In this document: piece by piece, positions 14,391 to 27,839 of the stretch
How positions within the stretch are numbered: the first letter of the stretch is position 1
Layout of the letters: each line of letters opens with the position of its first letter
Source: Octopus vulgaris
Taxonomy: Eukaryota
NCBI GenBank assembly: GCA_951406725.2
Contig: OX597821.1
Location: forward strand, 116,002,001 to 116,066,000
Length of the DNA: 64,000 nucleotides
Direction of reading: 5' to 3'
The notes under the pieces: model-generated
Told to the model about the DNA's origin: nothing
Seen by the model: only the letters and a program-made list of their open reading frames with translations
Databases searched by the model: none
Translations under genes and position numbers: made by a program

Positions 14391-14704
14391 TCACAACATC
14401 ATAAGCGGAAAGTGTAACCTCTCGAAAGAGCTGTTCTTCACTCCTGCTCCAGAGCGTCGGCTGCGGGGTCATTCCGAAAAGCTCTACCTGCGACGATTTC
14501 ATCTCAATCGAAGGAGAGGAGCTTTCTCCGTCCGGGTTGCGGATCCGTGGAACAAGCTGCCAGACGAGATGGTAAAGATGCCGACGACCGCTTTGTTCAA
14601 AGCCTCCCTGGACCTCAAGTGGCCTGAACTCTTTACATGAACACCACCCTGTACTTAACTCCATGTCCCCCTACATGGCCTTGCTATTTGCTTTTGAGCC
14701 AAAT

Positions 14705-14741
<37 letters not shown>
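14391..14741 (+). mobile_element. CR1-clade LINE 3' end with (TAAC)n tail
   Basis: LRGHSEKL...FSVRVADPWNKLP...FKASLD is a CR1 ORF2 C-terminus, followed by a short 3' UTR and tandem tail. Confidence 0.88.
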
Positions 14742-14968
14742 TATGTATATTAGATGTGAGGATATTTATCACACATCTGATATAATTCATGAAAACTCTT
14801 GCTTGCTAATGAAACTTTCAAATGATTCGGTTTTTCTTTCACATTTCTACTTGAGCCAAAACAAAGAGCAGGAGATCAATCTAATCTGTGTTCCAATCAA
14901 GTAAGGATTCATGGCGAAGCTCCAAGGGCATGTTTTTGGAGAAAGTTAAATAATTTAATTATTTTAAG

Positions 14969-15372
14969 AGACGCAGGAGTGGCTATGTGGTAAGTAGCTT
15001 GCTAACCAACCACATGGTTCCGGGTTCAGTCCCACTGCGTGGCATCTTGGGCAAGTGTCTTCTGCTATAGCCTCGGCCCGACCAATGCCTTGTGAGTGGA
15101 TTTGGTAGACGGAAACTGAAAGAAGCCTGTCGTATATATGTATATATATATGTATGTGTGTGTGTGTTTGTGTGTCTGTGTTTGTCCCCCTAGCATTGCT
15201 TGACAACCGATGCTGGTGTGTTTACGTCCCCGTCACTTAGCGGTTCGGCAAAAGAGACCGATAGAATAAGTATTGGGCTTACAAAGAATAAGTCCCGGGG
15301 TCGATTTGCTCGACTAAAGGCGGTGCTCCAGCATGGCCGCAGTCAAATGACTGAAACAAGTAAAGTAAAGAG
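14969..15372 (+). mobile_element. tRNA-derived SINE family A (CORE-like body, internal microsatellite)
   Basis: A box TGGCTATGTGG, B box GGGTTCAGTCCC, CTTGGGCAAGT core and A-rich tail. Multicopy in this window. Confidence 0.9.
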
Positions 15373-15979
15373 TATGTCTTTTTAATGATTAAATAGTGAT
15401 GTGTTGGGGAGGTTTGAATATTTTATGACTTGCAACACAGTATTAGGGTTTCAGGGGTTTATAGGGAAACGATTCTGAAACCATTTGAACCACCCAAAAT
15501 TTTATGAGGTGTTCTCTGAATGTTGGTTTATGACATATAGAAATGTTACATTATGTTAAAGCATATATCTGGAATTCCTCATTTTAGATTCAATCCTACA
15601 GTTTTGAAAGAATAAAATGCTCAGATATTTTTGTCAATTGTTAACCATCTATATGTTGGTAGTATTCAGTATTGTTGATGGTTGAAGTCGAGAGGTTGAC
15701 ACTTTGGCTCCTATGACCAAGAATGCTTAGTGTTTATGACCAAGACACTTAGCTTTCTGCGACCCAGTTCATATAGATTTGATGAGAAACAACAAATACT
15801 ACTGATCACTGCTGAAAGGAGTAGAGTCACTATGAAATTAACGAGTGTTTGGCAAGATTGCAGAGCTGGGAATTGAAACCTTCCCGCGGGAACAAGTAGC
15901 TGAAGGACCAACATCTAAACTCACATATTACGAATGATACAAGAGAGGGTCATGTGCGCTGTAAAATATTCATGAATAA

Positions 15980-16353
15980 GCCGCAGGCGTGGCTGTGTGG
16001 TAAGAAGCTTGCTTTCCAACCACATGGTTCTGGGTCCAATCCCAGTGCGTGGCACCTTGAGTAACTATCTTCTACTATGGCCTCGGGTCGACCAAAGCTT
16101 TGTCATACATTTATATTTATTTATCTATGTGTGTTTGTCTTTGTATCTATGATTGTCCCCCATCCATCAATTACTTGACAACCGATGTTGGTGTGGTTTT
16201 GTCTCCGTAACTTAGCTGTTCGGCGAAACAGACTGACAGAATAAGTATCAGGCTTAAAAGATAAGTCCTGTAGTTGATTTGTTTGACCAAAAGGCGGTGC
16301 TCCAGCATGGCTGCAGTAAAATGACTGAAACAAGTAAAAGAATAAAAGAATAA
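15980..16353 (+). mobile_element. SINE family A
   Basis: Homologous to 14969-15372, with an internal deletion. Confidence 0.85.
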
Positions 16354-16429
16354 ACTGAAAAATATTGAACCAAAGAAATTATTTATTAAAAATCAAAGCA
16401 AAATATTATTTATATCATGTGCTTGACAG

Positions 16430-16612
16430 GTAACCAGAGGGAATATCAGCTTAGAGTGTGATATCAAATTAGAAGATAATGGAACCAGCCCAACCATTTC
16501 ACCTTTAACCACAACACAAAAAGAAGTTTCTACTTTACCAGCTGAAAGTCTTAGTAAAGAATCCACTGCTAACGTCCAAAGAAATATCCTTGTCACCAAA
16601 CAGGCAGTTACA
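16430..16612 (+). CDS. Integrin alpha exon G (calf-2, Ser/Thr-rich loop)
   Basis: ttgacag and gtaaga sites, 61 open codons in phase 0/0: VTRGNISLECDIKLEDNGTSPTISPLTTTQ...KQAVT. Confidence 0.8.
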
Positions 16613-17784
16613 GTAAGATTTTTCTGCAAAGCATATTTTCTTCAGATTGAATTGTTCTATGTTAATGTGGTACTAATGGCCCTTTTGCAATATTATATAT
16701 GATAATACTCTTTTTTTAAAAATAAAAACAGAATTGCATTTGTTTATGAATACTGTGTAAAATTATTCAATCTTTTCGAACTGAATGAAGCTTGAATTTG
16801 ATCTTGAAAAGAATTGGTTTAATTCATATTATTGATATCAATTCCATATTTCTAACCTGATTAATATATAACTAGAAAAAAACCATAACAATTTTAATAT
16901 TTTAAAAGAGAAAAGTATTTACCTAACAAAAAATAAAAGATTAGAACAAGAGATAAATCTGTGGCGTTGCAAGTCTGCTCGTAGATACAATTATGATGTA
17001 ATTAAATTCAGTTATCTCACTCTCATAGTATGTAAAATTTCATAAAATCTTGTACACATTTCATATATCCCCTGTAAATGTATGATATATCCATTGCACA
17101 TGTCACACATATCTCTTGTACATGTCCCATACTTCTATACACTTTTCATAATCTTTTGTACACATCTTCTATATATCTTGTTCATGTCTCGTATGTGCTG
17201 TACAAGTCTCACACATTTCCTCTGAGTATCACACGTATCTCTTGTACACGTCTCACATGTCCTGTACGTATCACACATACCTCTTGTATACTTTACACAT
17301 GCTTGCTGTACTTGTCTCGTACATGTCCTGTACTTTGTACATGTCATGTATATCTCATGTAAGTTATGTAAATTTGATTGCATGTGTGGAAGCTGTTAAA
17401 CATCGCAATCCCAACTGCTATATTGGCCACTTTCTTGCTGGCAAACTATGCAAGTACCACAATGAACAATCACAAAGCCCCATAGCACATAATATGAAAT
17501 AGTGAGAAAGCTAGATCGTAAAGCATTCGTAGGCAGCTCATATATTCTGCAAAGAATTCCTCAAAAATATAGACGTTTAATGAAAGACACTAAACTAATA
17601 ACATGTGACAATGCTAAAATAAAACCATCAGGTAATACGTTAGTCACAAAGGAAAAAATATTCGCAGAAGTTGAATTTAAATATTAAAATACGAATTCAG
17701 TTTGTGTGAAGCCGGCCAATTCCACGCTCATCCATTTGTTTAGCGGCAGAAACAGACACCAATATCATTCCCTTTAGCCAGACG

Positions 17785-18094
17785 TTCTTGTTTGTTTGTT
17801 CCTTCTCGAGCCATGCCTGGCTCATAAGGGCCGGTTTCCCGGTTTCTTGGCGTATAGGTTCCCCACCTGGACGGGACACCGGTCCATCGCAGGTGAGCTG
17901 CAAGATGCAGGAGGAAAGAGTGAGAGAAAGTTGTGGTGAAAGAGTCAGCAGAGGTTTACCATTACCTTCTGCCGGAGCCGCGTGGAGCTTAGGTGTTTCA
18001 CTCAAAAACACACACATCGTCCGGTCTGAGATTCGAACCCACGATCCCTCGACCGCGAGTCCGCTGCTCTAACCACTAGGCCATGTGCCCCCAC
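17785..18094 (-). mobile_element. tRNA-derived SINE family D with (AAAC)n tail
   Basis: Reverse strand has TGGCCTAGTGGTTAGAGC and GGGTTCGAATCTC boxes. The flanking CCAGACGTTCTT is duplicated (TSD-like). Confidence 0.85.
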
Positions 18095-18321
18095 CAGACG
18101 TTCTTAACCTGAGGTTGTTCGAAAGCATTCGCATAGAAGGATTTCAGTGTGATAATGTATTGTTTTAGGAGATAGTTACGGTGGGTTATTGTCTCTTGCT
18201 AAACTAACTCCAATTTTCGAGCTATTTTCAGTAAAGATTGCTCAGTAAACATTGTATAATAAGTAAACTGGAAAGTGACTAGTACATGGTTCGACTCCAG
18301 TGGTAGATATTTTTCCATTCT

Positions 18322-18349
18322 ATCAATCAATCAATCTATCAATCAATCA

Positions 18350-18416
<67 letters not shown>

Positions 18417-18418
18417 AC

Positions 18419-18511
<93 letters not shown>

Positions 18512-18520
18512 TTATCTATT
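18322..18520. repeat. (TCTA)n microsatellite
   Basis: Read directly from the sequence. Confidence 0.95.
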
Positions 18521-19378
18521 TGTAAATAGTATGGAATTACTCAAAAACACATACACATACAAGCAAGCATGCACGCAGACATAATACCAGTTCTCAGACA
18601 GACACAGAACAGACCTTGGAGCGAGAGGGAAAGTCACTAAAGAGGTCACGAACAGCGACGAAGAAAATTTGCATAACAGACAACCGACTGATTGTATGAC
18701 CAGCACATTAAACAAACGTTAGTAGTCAGTTGGTTAGATATTTAACCAATCAATTAAGAATAAAGAAGTGGAATTGAACCTGTGCGTGTGTTATTATTAT
18801 TGACGTAATTCATCTTACAAGACATAACAAAATAAACAATTTTAACTTTACATTGAAAGCGAGACCAAGAATTCATGTTCTTTACACAGAAAGATTAGTA
18901 GCTTATATATGTTTTATAGTTTATACACACGAAATCTCATCTAAGCTGGTTAATTTAGTGTACATCTTTTTGCTGTAGGCAATATCTGAATTATTTCTGA
19001 AAATAACAAGATCTAATAATGTGTATGTCTAGATTTGTGCTCTGAAACAATTTATAACGTACATGTTGTCCTGCACGTAAACGTATGCATTCAAGCATTT
19101 ATTATACAAGTTTGTGTATGCGTATATGCGTGTGTTTACGTGTTTATGTGTGCCATGTGCGCCTGTATGCCTGTATGTAAATGTACAAGCATAATACTAA
19201 TAAACATTTTTACTAACTGGAATGTTTGGAATTCTATGATCACGTTCCAACTGACATCACAACCATTTTTATTTCCGAACGAATACAAACAATTTAACAG
19301 CAGCACATTAAAAAAAATGTGCTAGTGTTAAAGTTCTTCACTCATATATTTCTATCAAAACTATATAAGTTTTGGAGA

Positions 19379-19700
19379 AGGTGCGTGACTTAGTGATTAG
19401 GGGTATTCGGCTCACAACCGTAACGTCATGAGTTCGATTCCCGGCGATTCCAGGCGGCCTTTTGCGTTCTTGAGCAAGACTCTTTATTTCACGTTGCTCC
19501 AGTTCACTCAGCTGGCAAAAATGAGTAGTGCCTGTAATTCAAGGGCTGGCCTTGTCACATTCTGAGTCAAGCTGAATCTCCCTGAGAACTACGTTGAAGG
19601 TACGCATGTCTGTCGAGTCCTCAACGAGTTAATTTCATGTGTAGGCTGGTACGTTGATCGAATTAACAAGAACACTAGTCGTCGTAACCAACGGAGAACC
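19379..19700 (+). mobile_element. SINE family C
   Basis: Homologous to 13435-13740. Confidence 0.82.
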
Positions 19701-19969
19701 AGGAATATTTGTTCTAATTAAAATGTATTCACATTATGTTTTTAATCTCTTTTACTTTATCTTTCCATGTTATGTTCACCAAGTCAAAGATGGACATACT
19801 CGAACATTCAGTTAATCTTTATTTTTTGGACTAACACTTTTACAACACAAATTCTTAATTATTCTGAAATGCTCAACGTTAAATCGATCAGTATTAGACT
19901 ATTGTATTCGTTTAACTAAAAGTAGATTACACTCACACACATGCATATTTTTTTGTTTCTATTTTTTAG

Positions 19970-20086
19970 AGTTGCCAACTTGCAACATGTCTTACGGTGC
20001 GTTGTAAAGTCCCAGAAATTGCTGCCTACAAGCAAACTATTTTAAGCCTTCATCTGAATTTTTCAAATGCACATGAAGTTTTTAAG
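19970..20086 (+). CDS. Integrin alpha exon H (calf-2)
   Basis: Polypyrimidine tract with tag acceptor and gtacaa donor. SCQLATCLTVRCKV fits the calf-2 CxxxxCxxxxC pattern. Confidence 0.88.
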
Positions 20087-21145
20087 GTACAAGTATTCAT
20101 AATCTACTTGGTTGTTAACTTCTAACGACAATTACAATAATAATAATAATAATTGCTGTTGTTGTTGTTGTTGTCGTTCTTCATCTTCTCATTGCTAGGA
20201 ACGCAGTAGTTAAACAAAAGTGGAAGCACCATAATGTATACTTTGCATTATATAATTCAAAATCCTAATTTGATTATCTTTTTGGTATTTCTCGATAAAC
20301 TATGTACCAGTAATATAATGGAATTAGCTGATTTCACTTCTTATACATAGCCTTAAGAAAGGATTATTATGTGATCTATGTAAAGATTAAATTTGACCAA
20401 TGAAACAGCTGAACTTCGAAACTTACATGCTTTCTATACTATAATGGAGAAAGCTGCTTATTAATTAGGTATGTAACTATTACTAAAAGTATTAAAAGAA
20501 AGCAATTATTAAAAAACATGAATGTATAAAGATGTTCCAGGCGGTTGACCGTCTGGAAATATCTTTATATATTCATGTTCTAAGAAATTCCCTATCGTTT
20601 CGATTTCTCAAGTTTATTGAATTTTTTAACTCTAATTTCTGGCAAATTTAAATATTCATTGCATTCTCTGCGTCCGATTCTTCACAAATTTAAATATTCA
20701 TTGCATTCACTGCGGAGTATTCAATTTTCATTTGCAAAGTCTCTCACTTTCTCTTTTAAGTTTTAATTCGTTATTTGGAAAACCGACAGTTTATTCTAAT
20801 AATGTATGCGTAATGTAAACATATTATTTATTGAATGAAAACTTTCCTCCCCCATCTATCCACAAATACTGCCAATGCATTCTCAAACTTTCATCCACAC
20901 CAAAAAGCCCTTTAGAACAAGCAACACTGATTCCACGGTTCCATACGTTGAATTGATTAAACATGAACTGCTATTGGAACTTACGTACCATGTACAGGAA
21001 ACCACTTCTATACACCATTTTCCTCGAATAATGGCACTGCAACTACAATATCTTTATATATCTTATTTCTACTTCCATTCTTTTATTTCCCTCTATATTC
21101 TCCTCCTTTTCCATAATAATTCGGACTCAAAAATTTGCTCACACC

Positions 21146-21193
21146 GTTTCTAATGAAGGGATATCCATCATATCCCAGAAACAGCTGTAAGAC
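21146..21193 (+). ncRNA. Hammerhead motif with G5A core change
   Basis: GTTT-CTAATGA-A-GGGATAT-ccatc-ATATCCC-A-GAAAC-AGCT-GTA-AGAC. Confidence 0.6.
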
Positions 21194-21286
21194 TATTTCA
21201 TTATAAATGTCCTGAAAACTCCCCACAGTCTTGGATTTGTTATCTCATTCTGTCTAATTTATTTATCTATCTATCTCTATATATAT

Positions 21287-21451
21287 AGCGCAGGAGTGGC
21301 TGTGTGATAAATAGCTTGTTTACCGACCACATGGTTTCGGGTTCAGTCCCACTGCGTGGCACCTTGATTAAGTGTCTTCTACTACAGCCTCGGCCCGACC
21401 AAAGCCTTGTGAGTGGATTTGGTAGACGGAAACTGAAAGAAGCCCGTCGTA

Positions 21452-21484
<33 letters not shown>

Positions 21485-21708
21485 GCGTGTGTGTGTTTAT
21501 GTGTCTGCGTTTGTCCCCCTAGCATTGCTTGACAACCGATGCTGGTGTGTTTATGTCCCCGTTACTTAGCGGTTCGGCAAAAGAGACCGATAGAATAAGT
21601 ACTGGGCTTACAAAAGAATAAGTCCCGGGGTCGAGTTGCTCGATTAAAGGCGGTGCTCCAGCATGGCCGCGGTCAGATGACTGAAACAAGTAAAAGAGAA
21701 AAAGAGAA
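21287..21708 (+). mobile_element. SINE family A
   Basis: Full-length homolog of 14969-15372. Confidence 0.9.
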
Positions 21709-22080
21709 ATATATATATATATATATAAATTAATCACCAGTCAGTTATTTGAATAAATGTGAATACATTTCTTTGCAAAAATGACAGATTTTGTGCCGAT
21801 ACTAGAAATCATATCGTGTTTCTTGTCCTCAATCATCTCCGCAGTACAATTTGTTTCAAGGTTTGTGCCCCCCTCAGCAATTGCGGCACTTATGTTCGAG
21901 AAATCTGCTTTTTATTTTTTTTACCATATACTGGTGCCACAGTAATAGTTGGCCTTCGCCTTTTATTTGCCAGCAGCGCCTCGAAGTGTTCCAGAAACTT
22001 GGTGTTGCATTTTTCAAACGTTGCATTTTGATGCAAACAAATCTGCATCCGCAGTATGCACACTTGTTTGTTGCTGACCA

Positions 22081-22252
22081 TACTAATTCAATTACTAATT
22101 CAATTACTAATTCAATTACTAATTCAATTACTAATTCAATTACTAATTCAATTACTAATTCAATTACTAATTCAATTACTAATTCAATTACTAATTCAAT
22201 TACTAATTCAATTACTAATTCAATTACTAATTCAATTACTAATTCAATTACT
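22081..22252. repeat. 12-bp tandem repeat (TACTAATTCAAT), about 14 copies
   Basis: Perfect tandem array read directly from the sequence. Confidence 0.95.
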
Positions 22253-22354
22253 ACTTCACTGTGTCTCTGAGATTTCTACCTATGATCCTAGGTATTTGAA
22301 GTAATTTACACGTTCAGGTTCACATCATTTGATGTTTAATATTTTCTATTTTAG

Positions 22355-22447
22355 ATTCTTGATTACCTTCAAATCGCAATAGACATGGAAATGATTAACG
22401 ACGCAAACACATATTTGGCTCCTTGGAAGAGAACTCATTCAATAAGA
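22355..22447 (+). CDS. Integrin alpha exon I (end of calf-2)
   Basis: ttttag and gtaagt sites, 31 open codons in phase 0/0: ILDYLQIAIDMEMINDANTYLAPWKRTHSIR. Confidence 0.78.
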
Positions 22448-22486
22448 GTAAGTTATCGCTCATAACTGGATTTACATCATTATAAC

Positions 22487-22718
22487 TATTTCTTTATTAC
22501 CCACAAGGGGCTAAACATAGAGGTGACAAACAAGGACAGACAAACGGATTAAGTTGATTACATCGACCTCAGTGCGTAACTGGTACTTAATTTATCGACC
22601 CCGAAAGGATGAAAGGCAAAGTCGACCTCGGCGGAATTTGAACTCAGAACGCAGCGGCGGACGAAATACCACAAAGCATTTCGCCCGGCGCGCTAACGTT
22701 TCTGCCAGCTCACCGCCT
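22487..22718 (-). mobile_element. SINE family B
   Basis: Reverse-complement homology, 40 bp after an integrin donor site. Confidence 0.88.
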
Positions 22719-24915
22719 TAATTTACATCATTATACCATGTTTACATTAGTCAGCAGCAATAATTCTTGCCGATATTCGTTACATATTTTTTCTTTTTAA
22801 AAATTTTTTTACAGATTTCTATTCTCACATTTTCTCTTATTTCATGGCAGTTTTATACTTCTTCGGTTGTAAATCATTCATGTTAATCATAAATTAATTT
22901 AATTCAATCATTAACCAAATTATCAGTTTAGATAATTGATATATGTCCATTAGAAAGTTTTAATAAGCGTAATGTATTGTTTGGCGTTCTTGCTACACCA
23001 TGCTTCATCCCAGGCATTACGCATCTTAGTCTATATTATCAGTGTATCCTTTATTTTCAAGAAAGTATTGAAAGAAATTTGATTGCCCTTCCTAACTTAA
23101 GCTCCCTTGTTGGTATATCAATATGTGTAATCATATTTTGGTTTCGTAAACTGGCATTTCTGTTAAACTACAACATTGTGGTTACTTCTACTATCTATTG
23201 ATGACAGTGACCAGGGACAGTAAAAGGCTGAAGAGGATCAAGTTACTGTTTGATAGCCGCCAGCAGCGTCAACGTCCACAACATTGTGAACTGATTGTCT
23301 ATCAGGATTGTGCTAGTGTCTGTTGAATGATGGTGGTATTAATATCCTGTATAAGGTCATTTTTGGAAGTACGGATAGCATCTTCAGAAAACTTCTAATT
23401 GTATCTATGATTCTGTGTAACATTTGAAACATTCAATAGCATCTTTTAGGATTTATTGATGGTTATTTCTCAATTGTTTTGTATTTTGATATCTCTACAG
23501 TCAGTGTTAACTGGTAGCTGACTATTTTCCTCTATTGAAATGAAACATTTGCAAACTGAACTGCTGAAACATTTTTGTTTAGTGCTACTGTAATTTTGAT
23601 GGGAAGATAAAGTATCTCTTCCAGTCTCCAAATTTTACATGTTTCTTTGAAGCATACTACCAGGTCAACAGTAGGTGTATTAATGACCTATAACCACTGA
23701 GAATAAGACAAATGACTTCACCCATGATGTTAACATTATGTTCGAGATCTTGTAAAAATTCGATTTTGTTTCTCAAATGCAAGTCTGAGAGATGCTGTAC
23801 ACTTATACGTTCAGCATGGCCTGTTTCAGATTCTCTGCCTATTCACATTTTCCCTAATGTTGCACACAACATTCATTACCTGTAGCGATGAATAATACTG
23901 GCACTTCTGAGCAAAGTTGAAGCAATGAGGCCACGGCAATAGCAATCTGCTTTAGTGAACAAATCTTTTGTCAAAATTAATTTGGTCATAAAAGTATTGC
24001 CTGTTATACCAAAAGCATCAGGGAAAAAATTTCTTCCCGTTCAGATGTTGCAATTACTTGGTCTCTTGTGTATGATTCTTTAACCCGGAACGTAAAGTAA
24101 TTTACTTTCACTGCATTTCGTATTGGGGATGGTAGGCCACGGTGTCCAAGATTTTTGCCAGCCATGGAGTGTATTTTCAGTGATAATCAGTGTTTGGTTG
24201 TACATAGCAGAGTTAAACTCCAGGTGCGGGTTATTTTATTTTTGGTGTACTTGATGCAATATGTCTTCCGTTATGCTGTCTTGGTGATTATACGAAAGTT
24301 GCTAAGGGTTAAATGGTGGACAGGCACAGAAAAATGTTGGCAAAGAAGCCTCTCATATTACTCGGAAAACTATTCTCTTCATATAACTTGAGTATGTTTT
24401 TTATATTATGAACCGAGGTTTTTGGGTGACCGACTCTATTTTTAACAATATAGTGTTATTTGTTTATATTTTTATTTGGAGCCTTTTGGATTAAAGTAAC
24501 TCACGGTACTAATTCTGTTTAAAATATATTTACATAACTGCATTCTTTTGCTCTAAAATATTTTGCTTTATTCTGTTGCGTGGTTTTCAGACGGAAATCT
24601 ATAGCATCATGTTGTCTATATTATGGTTGTAATCCTGAAATTTAAAGCATATTTGTATTCAAATTGAATTCAACATTTTTGGGACCGTCTATTTTCTACT
24701 GCTTTTAAACTGAGCACAATCTGCTCTTTCATGATTTTACAATTCGCTTTCGACTCTTCCAACTATGTAAATATTGTTACGATTTTATATTATTTGCACT
24801 GTCGTGGTAGCAATATTTGGTCTCGATACTTTCGCATTCCTAGTCCTAACATGCTAATTTCTATAGTCATTTAAGTGTAGTTAGAAATCGTACGAAGGAA
24901 GACACATGCACGCAC

Positions 24916-24968
<53 letters not shown>

Positions 24969-25450
24969 TTATCCGAAATAGGAGAGATACATCTCTAGTG
25001 AGAAAATGTCAGCTGTTTAAATCATATCTGTTGTATGTATCAATCAGGAATTGACAGAACGCTACTTCGTATTTTCAGCTTCGAACTACGTCAGTAGACG
25101 GAATATTAGGTATAGATCATACACTCTCGTTTAATTCGTTATGGGGTATTGAATTGTAAATTTTCTGTATAATAAGCTGAAAATATGGAAGTTACAATAT
25201 CTGAACAGAATGTAACTACGAAAGTTCTTTATTTACTTGATTCTAGCTGAACTGATGGCGTATTTATTTGGCTTTAGTTACCTATTCAGAGTTTCCGTGC
25301 GTCAGCAATCTTTATCCAATTATAAATACCGATGTTTCTTGACATGTGATTTTACTTTCTTTAAAGTTCTAAGAATGATAAATGTTCTAATTGTGATTTA
25401 AACATTTATGATACTTTCTACGTTTATATATTCTGTTTATTACTTTTCAG

Positions 25451-25573
25451 GTTCAGCTGTCTTTCTTGGCAGACCTGATATCCGGAAAACCTATCAACTA
25501 TATATGGGTGGCTGCAGCCAGTGCAGCTGGGGCCTTTTGTTGTATAATGTTTTTGTGGTTCCTTATATGGAAA
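25451..25573 (+). CDS. Integrin alpha exon J (transmembrane helix)
   Basis: ttttcag and gtaagt sites. ...PINYIWVAAASAAGAFCCIMFLWFLIWK ends at WK with a phase-0 intron, as many integrin alpha TM exons do. Confidence 0.9.
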
Positions 25574-26399
25574 GTAAGTGAAACCATCATTGTTTGATTT
25601 GTACCATTAATTTTAACTCCTTGTATAAATTTTCCAAATGTATATCTTGAAAGACAGGAATGTTTTTCCGCTACCTACTTATTCTGGGTTATATAGTTCA
25701 GCTTCTGTCATAATTAAGCTATTTCATCACTGTTATCACTGTTATATAGGGTGTTTAATTAACGATGGTACACATAATATAATCTCTTTCAAGTATTAAT
25801 ATACGAAAAACGAACTATACAACCGATTGATTATTTTTTGAGATTCACCTGCCTCATATCCAGGATGGAATAGATTTAAGTTATCAGTAAACTTCAGATA
25901 AATGAACGGTGTTAGGTTTACAGTTTAACAGATTTGGTGAAATATCTGCGACTAGGTTATAGATGTACGACGAACATTTTGATTCCCTATAATATATATT
26001 AATACTATAAAATGATAATTTGGCAAAGAGAAAGAAAATGACCATTCCGAAATACAGAAATAAAAGTGAATGAATATCAATGTGTTTTTAATTCATAAAA
26101 CAACTTTCCTACGTTAAAATTGTGTTTTTAAACGTAATTTAAACCGAATTTTAACGAGATATTCAAGTAGGTCATCTTTTAGCAAGAAGTGTCTTACGTC
26201 GCAATAGCAATATATTAGACTTTATGTGAGCTTTCAAGGTACTAACTTCGCCATAGATAAAACATTAATCTACCACAGTTATTACTTTTAACAAAATTTA
26301 ATTATGCCCTGCAAAGTGGAAAACGTTTTTCAGTTAAACAGTTAAAAGTTCTCATTGTAGTTATGAGATTCCAAGTTCTAATCTACAGCATGGTACCTT

Positions 26400-27400
26400 G
26401 GGCTTGTGTCTTCTACAATAATATCGAATTAACCGAGCCATTGAGAGTGAAAAGGGTGGTCAGAAGCTTGTGGAAATCTGCCGTCGGGACTGTGTCTATA
26501 TTTAAAAGGCCCAACGTGTTGGCACACAATGCTTTTTATGCATGCGTTAATTAGCGAACGTCGAATGACTTTGCAAACTACAGGAAGAATTTGTCGAAAA
26601 TCTTCACCAAGAACCAATAATTTTCCTTCAAGCTGTGGCTCATTGTTTATGACACCCTGAAGTGTACGATTTAAAGTTTCAAGAAGATGTCGGTGGCACA
26701 TTGGGGCTTCATTTCACACCAATGGCTGAGCATCGTATAAAAAGCGTCCAGTTGCATTATTAGGCGAGACATGACACGTTGATGTTGATGCTATCGGAAT
26801 GGAGAACTTGAAGCGGAATGAGTAGTGCGGCCGAGCTTTAGTAGTATCGCTGAAATAATCGACAAAACAGACGTTTTCTCGATCATTTAGGATTAGTTGT
26901 CTTCTCGAGAAAGTCTCTGGTGTACATGACGGTGTTGCGCAGCATTACCTTCTAAGCTATGTTCACGGTGTTCTTGAGAGTGTTGCTCTTTCGCTGTCAT
27001 ATGCTGTTCAGCATCTCGTACCAGATTGTTCTCGCTGTTCTTGAGGAAGAAGCTGTTGTGCTGCTCTATGCTGCCCAGTTTCTCATGCCAGAACATGTCG
27101 AATTTCTTGAGCAAGTTGTTCTTGTGTTTGTCTTTGTCGAGCTGCATTAATCTGTCTCTGGTTCTTCCTTTCTGCTCCGTTTATTCCCTACCATTTTGCC
27201 TTCTGGCATTGCTTTGCTTCCTCTGTACGAGTACTTCTGCGATGCTCATCCATATTGAAGGTAAAATCACATGACCTAAAAAACTGCAAAATTATGTGGC
27301 GGGCCTCTCGCCTCATGTACTCTGGCTGGCCGTGCGTAACAATCATACGACCGTTATTACTGAAACTATCTGTAATGTGCATCGTATGGTACAGCAAGTT
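26400..27400 (-). mobile_element. Internally deleted Helitron (PIF1 helicase fragment plus N-terminal charged region)
   Basis: GRTTHSA...EAPMCHRHLLETLNRTLQ...GKLLVLGEDFRQILPVV...NACIKS are Helitron PIF1 motifs, decayed. Confidence 0.85.
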
Positions 27401-27466
27401 AGCAGCAGACTGTTGTATAGTGAAAGTTTCGTTAGCTACTATAGTGATAATACTCTATCTACCTAT

Positions 27467-27531
<65 letters not shown>

Positions 27532-27555
27532 CTATGCACACATAGAAACAAAAAG

Positions 27556-27591
<36 letters not shown>

Positions 27592-27799
27592 GTAGCGGAG
27601 AATTTTCATGGCCTCGTATTGTACGGCCAGTTAATAGTAGACTGTTATAAAGTGAAAGTCTATTTTTGAAGTCTGTGTTGCGTTTTGTTGACAGACTTGT
27701 ACTCAAAATTCCCACGTTTTTAATCAATACTTGTTAGTTACTGTGGTGACAACACTATCTATCTATCTATCTATCTTTCACACACACACACACACACAC

Positions 27800-27839
<40 letters not shown>

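Noticed and set aside
18020-18094. tRNA-like sequences (also 54068-54130 and other SINE heads)
   Set aside because: These are SINE heads continuing into SINE bodies, not tRNA genes.
22081-22252. Regular repeat as a CRISPR array
   Set aside because: No spacers; a simple tandem repeat in eukaryotic DNA.
22980-24900. Possible old LINE on the minus strand
   Set aside because: Composition is suggestive, but I could not read diagnostic RT or endonuclease motifs.
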